Source: the human T2T-CHM13v2.0 reference genome, Homo sapiens
NCBI RefSeq assembly: GCF_009914755.1
Contig: NC_060946.1
DNA: 64,000 bases
Direction: 5' to 3' (one strand)
Part shown: positions 1 to 36,168 of the stretch, piece after piece
Layout of the letters: each line of letters starts with the position of its first letter
Position numbering within the stretch: the stretch's first letter is position 1
Position numbers and translations under genes: made by a program
The notes under the pieces: generated by a model
What the model was told of the DNA's origin: nothing
What the model saw: only the letters and a program-made list of their open reading frames with translations
Databases searched by the model: none

Positions 1-385
<385 letters not shown>

Positions 386-847
386 CCCTGGTTGTATTTT
401 TAATGACCCTTTTTCCAGCTGGTCAGGTGCCCATGCAGAGACACATGTCCCTTTCTGGGATCCCGTGTCCAAATGTATATAACAAGAATGAAGCAGTGTG
501 GACATATCTGGACCATGGCTTGATTCTAGCTGGTTTCAGAGTCTTGTTGAGAGTCACAGCTTTGGCAGCTCAAGAGAATAACTTTTTTTTTTTTTTTTTT
601 TTTTGGTAGGATGCTATTGACACCTCTCTCAGGACTTTTGAGTATTTCAAAATAGAGAGTTGCTTAACTCCTCTCCTCTTTCCCAGAAAACCTTCACTCA
701 TTTCAGTGTCTTCTGACCTTAGAGACCCCCAACTTTTTTTTTGCATGGTGCTCTCTTTCCTCCCTTTGTCCTCTGCCTCTGTTTTTCATCCTCTTTTGGC
801 TTTCTCCAGAAACTAAGTTATGTAAGCTTACTAGTGGGTATCCTTAA

Positions 848-2903
<2,056 letters not shown>

Positions 2904-2904
2904 A

Positions 2905-4099
<1,195 letters not shown>

Positions 4100-4442
4100 T
4101 GACTAATTTTTTATTTTTTTGTAGAGACAGAGTCTCAATATGTTGTCCAGGCTGGTCTCGAACTCCTGCACACAAGCAGTCTACCTGCCTCAGCCTCCTG
4201 AGGTGCTGGGGTTATAGGCATGAGCCACTGTCCTGGGCCTGAGTATGTTCTTTTGTTTGTTTTATTTTTATTTTTTATTTTCATTTTTCTTTTTTTTTTT
4301 TTTGAGTACGTTCTTGAATGGAGAAGTTGAACTGTCTCGCACCTGCTAAATCAGTTTTCATTGCAGTTTATTTAATGCAAAGTATATTTCTGTAATTTCT
4401 TATATTCTTAGAGCAAAGCATATCTGATTTAAATTATGTTTT

Positions 4443-5372
<930 letters not shown>

Positions 5373-5999
5373 GATATTTTAAGTGATGTTTTAATAAGCT
5401 GCATCTGTTTTCAGTTCATTTATGTGTATAATTCAGTATTTGCCATACAGTAGACCCTTGGTATTTTTAGATTTTATATTTGTTTTAACTGTTTTGACTG
5501 ATTCTTAAGGGCAGTCAAATTAATAGTTTATAATTTTGCTGAGATGTAAATTTGAATCACATGTGCTGTGGGGTTGGTTTTTCAATCACATCATTAGGTA
5601 CACTGAGTTCTGTGAAGTTTTACCTTACTGCATTTCCTGGGCAGTTGAGCAGTCATTTTTATCTTTTTAAAATCTTTTAAAATTTATTTATTTATTTTTA
5701 TTATTTTTTGAGATGGAGTCTTACTCTGTCGCCCAGGCTGGCATAATCTCGGCTCACTGCAACCTTCGACTGTCGGGTTCAAGCCATTCTTGTGCCTCAG
5801 CCTCCAGAGTAGCTGGGATTACAGGTGTGTGCCACCATACCCGGCTAATTTTTGTATTTTTTGTACAGACGGGGTTTCACCATGTTGGCTAGGATGGTCT
5901 CGAACTCCTGAGCTCAAGCAATCTGCCTGCTTCGGCCTCTGGGAAAGTGCTGTGGAATTATAGGTGTGAGTTACTGGGCCCAGCCTGAGCAGTCATTTT

Positions 6000-6155
6000 T
6001 TACTGGGGACATACATCAGAGTCACTTGTAAAGCCTTTTGAAGTACAGATCCCTATCTGTTGGCCCTTCAAATCAGAATCTGCAGGGATGGGTTTCAGCT
6101 CTCTACATTTTAAAAGTTTTTCCAGGTGATTCGGTTGTGCCTGCTTAAGAACGGC
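6000..6155. mobile_element. MER5-like hAT DNA transposon remnant
   Basis: catcagagtcacttg...aatcagaatctgcagggatggg...ttttaaaagttttccaggtgattc. Confidence 0.55.
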
Positions 6156-6308
6156 TACAAAAATTTTTGTGAGTTGGGGATTTGCAGAAATTGCAATATG
6201 TATCATATGTAAATATCAAGATTCAGCTGATACCTGCTGTAAGGAATTTATATGGAGGCTCAGCCTTCTGAAAAGTGGGGGAACACTGAAAAATATTAAT
6301 GTAGAATT

Positions 6309-7552
<1,244 letters not shown>

Positions 7553-7608
7553 TCAAATTTATAACCAGTTTTTTCTTTCATCCTCTTCCCCCATTCTTAA
7601 TCTTGCAG

Positions 7609-7678
7609 CTCCTGGATCTCCCAGGTATCATTGAAGGTGCCAAGGATGGGAAAGGTAGAGGTCGTCAAGTCATTGCAG
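7609..7678 (+). CDS. DRG1: DRG1 exon 4 (70 nt): [24 protein letters not shown]3 (DxxG) motif
   Basis: ttgcag acceptor and GCAG|gtgagt donor; translation matches the DRG/OBG GTPase G3 region; phase 0 to 1. Confidence 0.98.
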
Positions 7679-7992
7679 GTGAGTGGTTTAAGTGCCACCA
7701 TCCTGGGATATCATTCCCTTCTCTGGTACTATTCTTTTAGTCAGGGACTACTTGGCTTGGAGATTATACCACAGTGAAGGGCATAGTTTCACCTGACTTC
7801 TCATTTAAGTTGAAGCTTGAAGGGACCTCAGCTGCAACGTTAGCAATGTTCTGAATCTCTGCTGTCCAACATTGTAGCTCCTAGGCATGTATGGGTATAG
7901 AGCTCTTGAAATGTGCCTAGTACAATTAAGGAGCTAGTGGAGTCTGTATTGGACAATGCAGCTTTAGACATTTTATATGGCTGTCGTCTTGA

Positions 7993-10527
<2,535 letters not shown>

Positions 10528-10529
10528 TA

Positions 10530-11245
10530 ACAAGAACACATATGACTTCCCTGTTGTCAAACCTGATGGCCAATTTATTGTCCACATCTTTCTAAAGAGA
10601 ATAACACAGTTGATCACTCCATCCTTGGAGTATTTGCTTTACCTGATCTCTGACACCAGTGCCCCTTCCTGGTCTCCTTTGCTTGATCTGCCCCATCATC
10701 AGACTCTTTAAATGTGGATTGCCCCAACACCTAATCTTGGAGATTCTTTTTTTCTCTGTCTCTGCTCTGTCTATGCCAAATGAGAGTTATTTCATCTAGT
10801 TCTTTGGTTTTAAATGTCTGGATCTATATTCTAATGATTATGAAATGTGTGGCAGTAATTTGCCCTCTGATGAAGTGCATACCAGCTGCCAACATATCTC
10901 TGCTTGGATGTCTAATTAGGTGTCTCAAAGTTAACGTGTAAGATTACATTCTTGATCTTAGCTGAGGCGGGAGGATCACTTGAGCTCAGGAGTTTGAGAC
11001 CAGCCTGGGCAACATAGTGATACCTCATCTCTATTAAAAAATGAAAGTAAATTTAAAAATTAAAAAACAAAAAAATTCTTGATCTCCCATCCTCAACTTG
11101 CTCTTCCCTTAGTCTTTTCTATCTCAGTAAAGGCAAATTTATCCTTCAGAACTTTTAGGTCAAATCTTTTTTTCCCTTTCATCCCGCACATCTACTGTGT
11201 TGTTATATCCAGCTGGTTTTACCTTTGAAATATATCTAGAGGCCA
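10530..11245 (+). mobile_element. L2 fragment interrupted by an Alu monomer; continues at ~12480-13060
   Basis: acagttgatcactcc...catatctctgcttggatgtctaattagg...ctcaaagttaac L2-type motifs. Confidence 0.6.
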
Positions 11246-11344
11246 GCCACTCTTTTTTTCCCCCTTTTTCATCCTTAAGTGAAAAACTTATGTGACTGAC
11301 ATGCTGGCTACTATGCTAAGGAGGAAACTCTACCAAAAGGTTGA

Positions 11345-11479
<135 letters not shown>

Positions 11480-11779
11480 TGATCCTTCCTTCTTAGCCTC
11501 TTGAGTAGCTAAGGACTACAGGCATGTACCATCATACCCGCTAATTTTTTACTTTTTGAGAGACAGTCTCACTATGTTGTTCAGGGTGGTCTCGAAAACC
11601 CCGGGCTCGAGAGTCTCTCTCTTCTCAGCTTCCCGAGTAGCTGGGACTGCTGGCATGTACGACCATGGCAGGCTGATTGATTTTTACTTTTTTAGGGGTA
11701 GAATCTCGATATATTGCCTAGGCAGTGATTGTTGTCTTACTGTTTTTCAAGTATTTCTCTTAAATTCTATGTCTAATAT

Positions 11780-11968
11780 GATATCTACTAGTTACATGTG
11801 ACTAACATTTAATTACAATTGAATAAAATTTAAAATTTAGTTCCTCAATTATGTAAACCACATTTTATGTGTTTATTAGCTACACTTGACTAGTAACTAC
11901 TGTATTGCACAGTACAGATGCAGAATATTTTCATTATTACAGAAACTTTTATTGGATACCACTGCTCT
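11780..11968. mobile_element. MER33/MER3-like hAT-Charlie element
   Basis: aataaaatttaaaatttagttcctca...ccacatttt...ctactgtattg...ttttattggataccactg. Confidence 0.6.
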
Positions 11969-12635
11969 CGATATTAATTCCTTGTCATCTTTAGACATTA
12001 TAAATATCTTCTCCCGTTAATTTTGTCCAAGGTGGTATTTGTTGAATAAAAATCCTTAATTTTGTTAGAATCTACACTTTATTTGTAGCTGGGACCACAG
12101 GTGTGTGCCACCACGCCTGGCTAATTTTTTTGTATTTTTAGTAGAAACGGGGTTTCACCATGTTGGCCAGGCTTGTCTAGAACTCCTCACCTCAAGTGAT
12201 CCGCCTGCCTCGGCCTCCCAAAGTGCTGAGATTACAGGTGTGAGCACCTGGCCTACTCTTTATTTTTTCTTATGGTTTGTGCTTTTAAAGTTTTATTTAA
12301 GAAGTCCTTATCTTTCCTTAGGTCTTAGATATAGTCTCCTGTTTTTTCTATACTTTTAGGTCCTTTATTTACCTAGAGACTACTCTTATATCTGATATTA
12401 GAAGGGTATCCAATTTTAATTTTCTCTGTATAATGGGTCACTTTCCCCAACACCTTCTTTTTTTTTCCCCTTTGATTCGTAGTGACTGCAAACTCTTCAC
12501 CTATATTGTCACTTCCTTCATTATGCCTTGTCTCTAACATTATAGCCCCATAACTGGCCTTCTTGCTGCTATCCTACTGCTCTGTAGTATCTTCTCACTA
12601 CAGCTAGTATGATTGTGTATAAGAAGTCAGATCAG

Positions 12636-16705
<4,070 letters not shown>

Positions 16706-16852
16706 CTATAAGAACTTCACGTATGCATGTATGTATTACAGAAAAATCCTTTGACACTTAAATGTAGGGGGAAAAAACACCTCTACTTGAGTATTTGGGT
16801 TAGTTAAGGCTTTATTGAACTTTCTTGCGTATGTTTTTTTCTTACTCTTCAG

Positions 16853-17022
16853 TGGCCCGAACCTGTAACTTGATCTTGATTGTTCTGGATGTCCTGAAAC
16901 CTTTGGGACATAAGAAGATAATTGAAAATGAGCTGGAAGGCTTTGGCATTCGCTTGAACAGCAAACCCCCCAACATTGGCTTTAAGAAGAAGGACAAGGG
17001 AGGCATTAATCTCACAGCCACT
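16853..17022 (+). CDS. DRG1: DRG1 exon 5 (170 nt): [22 protein letters not shown]...GGINLTAT
   Basis: cttcag acceptor and ACT|gtaagt donor; joins exon 4 in frame (G+TG = Val). Confidence 0.98.
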
Positions 17023-17314
17023 GTAAGTGGGGAATATGACATGGGGCAGGCTGCTGCAGGAATTGGAATGGGGAGTGGATTGGGGTGCATGGACCCTGAC
17101 ATTGGAAAATTTCCTGGCTTTTCCCTGCACTAATTGAGATAACACAATGACTTTATAATGACTGACAAGAAAAACTTCAAGATTAGGATAGGAGCCAGTC
17201 TCAGACTTACCTTTGCTACTTATTTCCTCTTTTGGATTATCTATTGGGAATGATATGGGCGTGTGGACCAATATTATGCTTGCATAAAGTAGATGGCCGC
17301 CAATATCTTCTGTT

Positions 17315-19215
<1,901 letters not shown>

Positions 19216-19324
19216 ACTTCAGAGCCCAGATGATTTGACTGGCATAGGTTTCAGCTGTCCTGCCCAAAACATCTTTCCCATTATCCCGTCTTAATATTCA
19301 AATTTGAACATTTAAGATTATTTC

Positions 19325-19699
19325 TGTGTTAGTTTCAGTGCTGCCATAATACGGTACCACAGATGGGTGGCTTAAATAACAGAAATTTATTTTTCATAAT
19401 TCTAGAGGCTAGAAGTCTGAGATGAAGTTGATGGCAGGGTTGATTTCTTCTGAGGCTTCTGTCCTTGGCTTACAGATGGGACTTCATATGGTGTTTGCTC
19501 TGTGTGTCTGTGTCCTAATCTCCTTTTCTTATTAGGACCACCAGTATTGGATTATGGCCCCACCCTAATGACCTTATTCTAATTTGATTACCGCTTTAAA
19601 GACCCTATCTCCAAATACATCACATTCTGAGATACTGAGGTTAAGACTTCATGTGAATTATTTGGTGGGGGAAGGAGGAACACAGTTCAGCGTGTAACA
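19325..19699 (-). mobile_element. MLT1B-like MaLR solo LTR
   Basis: tgtgttagttt...tgggtggcttaaataacagaaattta...aaagaccctatctccaaatac...cacagttcagcgtgtaaca. Confidence 0.75.
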
Positions 19700-19876
19700 C
19701 CTTCCTTGGAGTTTGGACATTTATTTCCTACTAAAAGTCAGTGACACTCATCTCGGATGTATTTAGTAATGAGTTTGCATCTTAGCTAGAATTTTCCAGG
19801 TACATGGATATTGGTACACTTGACAAGTATTTTTTTTAAATTTTGTGCTGACTAGTCATCTGCTATTCCCTTTCAG

Positions 19877-20007
19877 TGCCCCCAGAGTGAGCTGGATGCT
19901 GAAACTGTGAAGAGCATTCTGGCTGAATACAAGATTCATAATGCCGATGTGACTCTACGTAGTGATGCTACAGCTGATGACCTCATTGATGTGGTGGAAG
20001 GAAACAG
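19877..20007 (+). CDS. DRG1: DRG1 exon 6 (131 nt): [43 protein letters not shown]
   Basis: tttcag acceptor and CAG|gtactg donor; in frame; not present in the ORF track. Confidence 0.97.
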
Positions 20008-20079
20008 GTACTGACTGAGTGTGCAGTCTGTGCCTGACTGAATTGGAAGCCTTGTGATGGAAACAGTATTGGATCTTGA

Positions 20080-22343
<2,264 letters not shown>

Positions 22344-22759
22344 ATTAATATTACTGAGACTTTAATAAGTTAAGTCACTGTTAAAATTACTCATAGCATT
22401 TGCATGTAATATTTTTAGTTGCTCTCCTAGTCATTTGTTCCTGTATGTTGGATGAGTGTACTTACTCCTCATTTGAAAACAAACAGAAGCCAGTGTTTTC
22501 AGTTAGGCATTTTACAAGTGAGGCAGTTAAACCTGAGAAGTTGTGGCTTGCCTAATTAGTAGTAACCTTAGCTGTCATATTGATTGGACACTAGGAATAT
22601 GACATTGGTAGATGCTATATCAGTTTTACCAATATTATTTATTGTACCAATAAATAAAACACTTATTTTTTAGTCTTTAAGTATAAATTATGTTTTAAAA
22701 CAGCCTTGTAGGAAACTGACTCAGAGGTTAAGTGACTTTCCTAGGGACACATAACATCA

Positions 22760-22937
22760 CCTCTTCATATCCACAGAGGATTGCTTCCAGGACCCCTTGC
22801 AGATAATGAAACCTGCAGATGCTCAAGGCCCTTATATAAAATGGTATAGTACAGCTGACCCTCCGTGTCTGTGGGTTTTTGATCTGCAGTTGGTTGAATT
22901 CAGGGATGCAAAACCTGCATATTTGGAGGGCCAGCTG
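22760..22937. mobile_element. MER2-family (TcMar-Tigger) MITE inserted in a MIR
   Basis: gattgcttccaggacccc...gatgctcaaggcccttatataaaatggtatag...ttggttgaattc...ggagggccagctg. Confidence 0.6.
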
Positions 22938-23216
22938 GGATTAGAATCAGTCTGAGCACTTCAAAGCTTGTGTTCTTTCCACTGCAGTATGCTTTCCTAG
23001 CAGTTAGCTTTGTGGCTGGTACTAGGGCCTGACTTCTGTTACTTTTCAACCCATAGTTCACTTTTTCTTTTTCTTTTTTCTTTTTCTGGCTGATCTGCTA
23101 CTTACAGTCCCTCTTGGGAGCGCCAGTTGGGTCTGGGTGAGGGTGTGCTGTTCAACAGTCTGACAGTTCTGTCAACAACTCCAGACTAATACCCTGTTTT
23201 TCTTCACTTTCTGTAG

Positions 23217-23384
23217 AGTTTATATCCCCTGTATCTATGTGTTAAATAAGATTGACCAAATCTCCATTGAGGAATTGGATATCATCTATAAGGTGCCTCA
23301 CTGTGTACCCATCTCTGCCCATCACCGCTGGAATTTTGATGACCTATTGGAAAAGATCTGGGACTATCTGAAACTAGTGAGAAT
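23217..23384 (+). CDS. DRG1: DRG1 exon 7 (168 nt): [14 protein letters not shown]...[25 protein letters not shown]4 NKxD and G5 motifs
   Basis: ctgtag acceptor and AAT|gtaagt donor; NKID and ISAH GTPase motifs. Confidence 0.98.
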
Positions 23385-23661
23385 GTAAGTCTTTGTGGAT
23401 AGGGTAATGTTGCTATAGGAATTAACCAGACTGTCCTAAAATGATACTTTCTGGAGCTCATTAACAAAATCTGGCTCTTTTTGAAAATATAAGTAAATTG
23501 GTTCCTATTATCTACTAGGTCATTAGGTCATATTGAGGACACTTTTTCCCTTAAGTTGGAGGTTGTCCTGGTCTGATGTCAGGGGTGATGGAGGGTTGCT
23601 ATACATTCAACACATGAGATAGTCTAAGAAGGCAGTAATCTTTATGCCCTCTCTATTCTAG

Positions 23662-23784
23662 TTACACCAAACCCAAAGGCCAGTTACCAGATTACACATC
23701 CCCAGTGGTGCTTCCTTACTCCAGGACCACAGTGGAGGATTTCTGCATGAAGATTCACAAAAATCTTATCAAAGAATTTAAATA
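23662..23784 (+). CDS. DRG1: DRG1 exon 8 (123 nt): [19 protein letters not shown]...[10 protein letters not shown], first part of the TGS domain
   Basis: ttctag acceptor and ATA|gtaagt donor; phase 2 to 2. Confidence 0.98.
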
Positions 23785-24179
23785 GTAAGTATCATGGGCC
23801 TGTGGTCCCTCCTTTTTCCTATGAGTTACCAATTTTACTAACTAGTAATTCTTAGGATAGCATTTTAAAAAAGAAGGCAGGAAGGAGGCTACTGAAATGT
23901 TTGCTTGGCTAGAACTCTGCAGTGTCTTCTTAAAACCGTGCCTAATTAGAATAGGAAGAGCTCTAGAAACCTCTTTAGGTCAGGAAGCCTGATGACACAA
24001 ACAACCCTGACCTTCCCTCATTATTTCATCTTCCTCTTGGCAAACACAAATATTAATAATTCCTGCCAATGTCACACTGGCCTCTACTGGGTACTGAGCC
24101 CCCTTCTAAACCTTAAACATGGGCAAAACCTCCCTAATCTCTTACATTTTTCACTGCTGACACAGGCTGAAAAAAAATT

Positions 24180-30231
<6,052 letters not shown>

Positions 30232-30471
30232 TAAACATGTTTTTTGTCTTTGACTTTCTGCAATAAGAGGAACCACACAACTTCCAGAAGTCTTTACCGG
30301 CTTTTATGTTAAGGCTTCAGTGTCTCATGCTGCTAGGGAAGATAAAGCTTTTGTAGGTCTATGGTTCTTAAGGGTATGATACTAAATCTGAGCAGAAGGG
30401 TGGCATCCAGGCAAATAGGGCAGAAGCTAGGTTATTATTTACACTGACTGTTCTTTTTCCCTTCCATGCAG

Positions 30472-30571
30472 TGCTCTGGTCTGGGGTCTCTCTGTGAAAC
30501 ACAATCCTCAGAAAGTGGGTAAAGACCATACGTTGGAGGATGAGGATGTCATTCAAATTGTGAAGAAGTGA
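30472..30571 (+). CDS. DRG1: DRG1 last coding exon 9: [33 protein letters not shown]
   Basis: atgcag acceptor; TGS-domain C-terminus; TGA at 30569-30571; exon sizes fit a 367-aa protein. Confidence 0.98.
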
Positions 30572-30751
30572 AACCTTTCCCTTTTCCCATCTGCCGGACG
30601 AACCACAACAGCGTTCCCCATGATCAAGCACCCTACCCCAGTTCTTTCTGGTTTTGGCAGTCACTGGATCAGGATCCAGGGGAGGGAGATGGAGGCACCC
30701 AAACTGGAACTTCATTTGTCTTACCTTGGTGTCACCTTGTATGTCGAACTG

Positions 30752-30757
30752 CATAAA
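30752..30757 (+). terminator. Probable DRG1 poly(A) signal, variant CATAAA
   Basis: No AATAAA in the first ~500 nt of the 3'UTR; upstream TGTA (30738-41); CA at 30781 followed by GU/U-rich tgtgtcattgtcagaatttgttttggg. Confidence 0.6.
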
Positions 30758-31398
30758 AGATCTGGTAGGCTGGTCAGCTACATGCAGCTCATGTGTCATT
30801 GTCAGAATTTGTTTTGGGATGGGCTGAATGAGGAAGGGTATATACGGTGAAGCAGCTACAGAAGGGATCCTTGGGAACTTCATCTTGAGTGTGAAATGGA
30901 TAAAAATATGACATGCTGCATCTTACTTGATGTTTACTTATGGGAACCCCTTCCAAACTAGATATGGCTTTCAGTCCTTTCAAGTAGTCTTTCCCACATG
31001 ATACTGGAGAGAGGAAGGACTTTATGTAAGTTAACTGATCACTCCCCGCAAGGCTAACCTATTTTGGGAGATCATGTAATTAAGTACTCCGACCAGGCAG
31101 ATCAGGGTTTGAAATTGCAGGTCCACCTCTAGTTAGCTGTGGAGCCCTGAACAAATTACCCAACCTTTATGAGCCTCAGTTTCCTCATGTAACATGGGGA
31201 TAGTAATAGCACTTACTTTCTGCGGTGGTGATTGTTAGTAATGGAGGGAGATGGTACTTATATGTCAAATACTGTGCTAAGCAATTTGTAAGTACTCAAT
31301 GACTCTTGGCTTTTGTTGCACCGAGCCTTTTACTGGGCTGTCTGCCCTATGCAGAGCACAGCTGTACATCATCAGTGTTGGGTTGAATGTTGAGCTGA

Positions 31399-32370
<972 letters not shown>

Positions 32371-35328
32371 AAGAATATGGGCAGAAGGGAGGGTATGGAC
32401 ATGTAAGTATGGGGGAGAAATCTTAAACTTGTTAACTAACTTGCTCTTGGGAAGAAGTCAAACATTATTTCAGTATGGATGGAGTAGTCCCTGAGAAAAT
32501 CAGGAAGAATAGGTTTGCAGCAAGACAGAATTTGATTATTTCTTCAAATGAGGCAAGCCAGAGCTTTTAGCAGGTCATGAGTGATCACAGTGTGGGATTA
32601 TTCACATACTCAGCCTCTCTCCAGTGCTTGTTTCTCCTGCTGCCCTAATAGCAGTTGTTTCCCTTTGATAGTCTTCCTGGAGCTTGGGCTTGTCACTGTC
32701 CCCAGACCTGGAAGGTAAGCTCCTGAAGCCTGGTATGCTAGTTACTTTTCAGAATATCGGCCTTGATACCACTGGTGCATTCATGATAGAGGCCGTGGTC
32801 TAGAGCCTGCCCCAACCCTGCAGGGGAACAGGGAAACATTGGCTTTCTGAGCTACGGGATTTCCAGGAAGGTTTGTTCTCCAGCCAGAACATATTGGGTT
32901 TCTGGGGACTCTTCTTGCCAAAATTCACTTTCATTGAGCAAGCATTTAGCACTGCCAGAATGTTGGGGAGAGAAGGTTGCTGAAATCCAGTTCATCCTAA
33001 GGCCTCAGGATGTTCTGTGAATAGGCTTTGTGTCCATCATTTAGCACCCTCCCCATGGCTTGGTCCAGGGACCCCTGGTCTCCTTGAGGAGAGAATTACC
33101 CTACCTTTCCCTTTCTCCTCTGGGCTTAGACTTAGCAGTTCTGGGAGAGGGGTATGTTTGGTATTGGGAATGCTGCCTAGGGTATGGCCACTGTGGAGGT
33201 ACAGCTAAAGGCTTTCTCCTCATTAACTCTAAGACTTTACTGGTTTGGCTGTCATAGCATGATTTGAATTTCCTGTGCTTTTACATATTCCATGTTTCTT
33301 TCCTGACTTTATTACAAGTAAACAGATCCATTGTTCTGTGCCATTTAACTAGTTAGAACACGTTTAGCTGCATTTAGCAGAAAGTGCTAACTTAAGCGGC
33401 TGAAATGGAAGGGAACTTGGTCTTACCTTTTTGGGAAGCTGTTTTCCAGAAGCCACCCAGTTTGTTGTCTCGTGGCCTAAAATTGGGTCACATGTCTATT
33501 TTTGAATCAATTGTTGGTAAAGGGAATAGAATTATTGAAGAACCAGAATTTAACCCTGTAAGTTATCGTCATTCTTGGTTTGTGTTTATGCTCATAGTTC
33601 ACAAAGGCCAATGGACCTCCCACTTCCCTTCCCTGTTAATAGAGTCTGGCTTAAAAGACACTCAGTAGCTATCTCCTAGGGGAAGGCCTAGCTGCACTCT
33701 CTGTTCACTTCATTCCCACTTCCTTTTACCACTGACCTCCCACAGACTTATTTAACTGCTTCCTTTGGGAGGGACTATTCTTTCCTCTCCTACCTGACCT
33801 CCCCTGCTTAACAGATTTTCCATGATATGCTTTGTGGTCCTCAGCTGTTTTACTTTCAGGATGCCTTCTATATCCTCAGCTTCTCTTAACTTTTATTTTG
33901 CACATCCTTCCAGCACTGATTGCTTGTGAACTCATCTCGTGCCTGCAAGACATCAAAAGTTTCTCCAAAGACATCCCTTCCTCTCTGCCCTCATCCTATA
34001 TCAAGGTCTTAGCTCCTTGAAGACTGCATTAATGTGTCTTTTGCCTTCATCCCCCCCCCCCACCCTCCCGCTTCCTCTAGTCCTTGTGTTTACCAAAATA
34101 CTTTTGCTAAAACCTGTATGTCTAGCTTCTGCTGATACTCTTAGCAATACTCCCTTATTTCCTTCTGGCGCCATTTGCCAATCACCAGCTAATGGCTTTG
34201 CTCTTTGCATGGTACCTGTTTCTGTCCTACTAGCTTCTAGTCTGAAAAGGAAGCCTTTACTAGCAGCTTCAACCCAGTCCTCCTTACCTTGCACCTATTA
34301 ACGTTGGTTCAACATGAAGGGGAAGTAAGATAAGTGGAAGAGGATACACAGGAAAGGTGGAACTGGATTCAGGTATCTGTGTTCTGCCATTGACACTTGG
34401 GACTGCGTTCCAGCTTCCACCTGTGGAAACCAGAAAGCATTTGCCAAAAATTCTAAACAGAGGGTCTATTTCTGAAGCTGAGGAATCACATGGAGTGAAT
34501 AGCATGGGGGAAGGGGATTACTAATGAGGCTGAAAGAAAAGTACCAGGAAGAGACTGACTTCATGCATAATCCATAAAGCCAGGTTTTCTTGAAAGGTGA
34601 CCTGCTTTCTTGTATTCCTGCAAGTACACGGCAGGGTGGGCAGTTCCAGGCTTATAGTCATTATTCCCTAACAAACGGTCAAGACTTAGGCTGCCCAAGA
34701 CTCTACTACCCTTGTAGTCAAAAATCCAACCACCTTGACCTTTACCTCATTATCTGACCCTTTAGCATGGAGTCCTAAAATGGTCCTGAATGGACAAATA
34801 TCTAGAACTCTGGTAAATTAACTTGAGTAGCATGGGAAATAAGTATCACCTCATAGCAGGACTGAAAAACCTCCAGTTAGGAAAGGGGACTCAGAACTGT
34901 ACTGTATTCTGTAGAATCTTTATCCGTAAGTGCTATGTATATACTAATAGTTAAGGTGAATAATAAAACAATTGTGAGCTAAGGAATGTGATACAGAACA
35001 CAAGGAGTCAATTAATGCATGAGTCTTAAGGGAAATTCTTAGACTTCAGTGGGTCTAAGCTCAGAACTCTGAGCTTAGAGAAACAGGATGCCCCAGTAAA
35101 CATGATTTGTTTGAGAGAAACTACCATATGTAATAGATGATTCCTCAATAAACTGTTTTCACTAGGTCAGTTTAATCTTGGAAATTACACTATAGATATC
35201 CTGGTATTAGCCACAAGGCTATGCTATCTATAGGGTCAGTCCAGTATAAACTGACCTGTTGGGGTCTTTAAAGCTCAAGGAAAAAGGCCATAGTTGATTT
35301 CTCCTAAATCAAGATAGAGTCCAATTAA

Positions 35329-35920
<592 letters not shown>

Positions 35921-35995
35921 AATTAGGAAGGGTTTCAGAGAGGAAATAAACACAACAATGTCAGTTACTTCATTCACACACTTAGCATATGCAAT

Positions 35996-36001
35996 TTTAA
36001 T
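35996..36001 (-). terminator. Distal ATTAAA poly(A) signal of EIF4ENIF1
   Basis: tttaat on +; U-rich upstream, GU-rich downstream (tgtgtg...ttgttgtgttt); Alus begin shortly beyond. Confidence 0.7.
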
Positions 36002-36080
36002 CAACCAAAAGAAAATCCCAAATGTACAAGTGAAAAAAATCCAAACTGTTGACACAGGCCTAACTAATATCAGCTACTTT

Positions 36081-36127
36081 TATGTACAGCTGTATAGTTC
36101 AAAAAAGCTATCCTATATGTATATACA
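36081..36127 (-). promoter_or_regulatory. Two Pumilio response elements (UGUANAUA) in the EIF4ENIF1 3'UTR
   Basis: TGTACATA at 36088-36081 and TGTATATA at 36127-36120 on the - strand. Confidence 0.65.
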
Positions 36128-36168
36128 AAAGTTGTTTATACACAGGTCTGTACATAAGGGTCTATACA

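Noticed and set aside
23217-23784. DRG1 exons 7 and 8 are symmetric (168 and 123 nt) and could be skipped in frame
   Set aside because: They have strong gtaagt donors, and skipping would remove G4/G5 or TGS core; no sign of regulation
30368-30883. 171-aa antisense ORF over DRG1 exon 9, and similar antisense ORFs at 16842-17319, 38381-38939 and 50802-51059
   Set aside because: Shadows of real coding exons with no recognisable protein features
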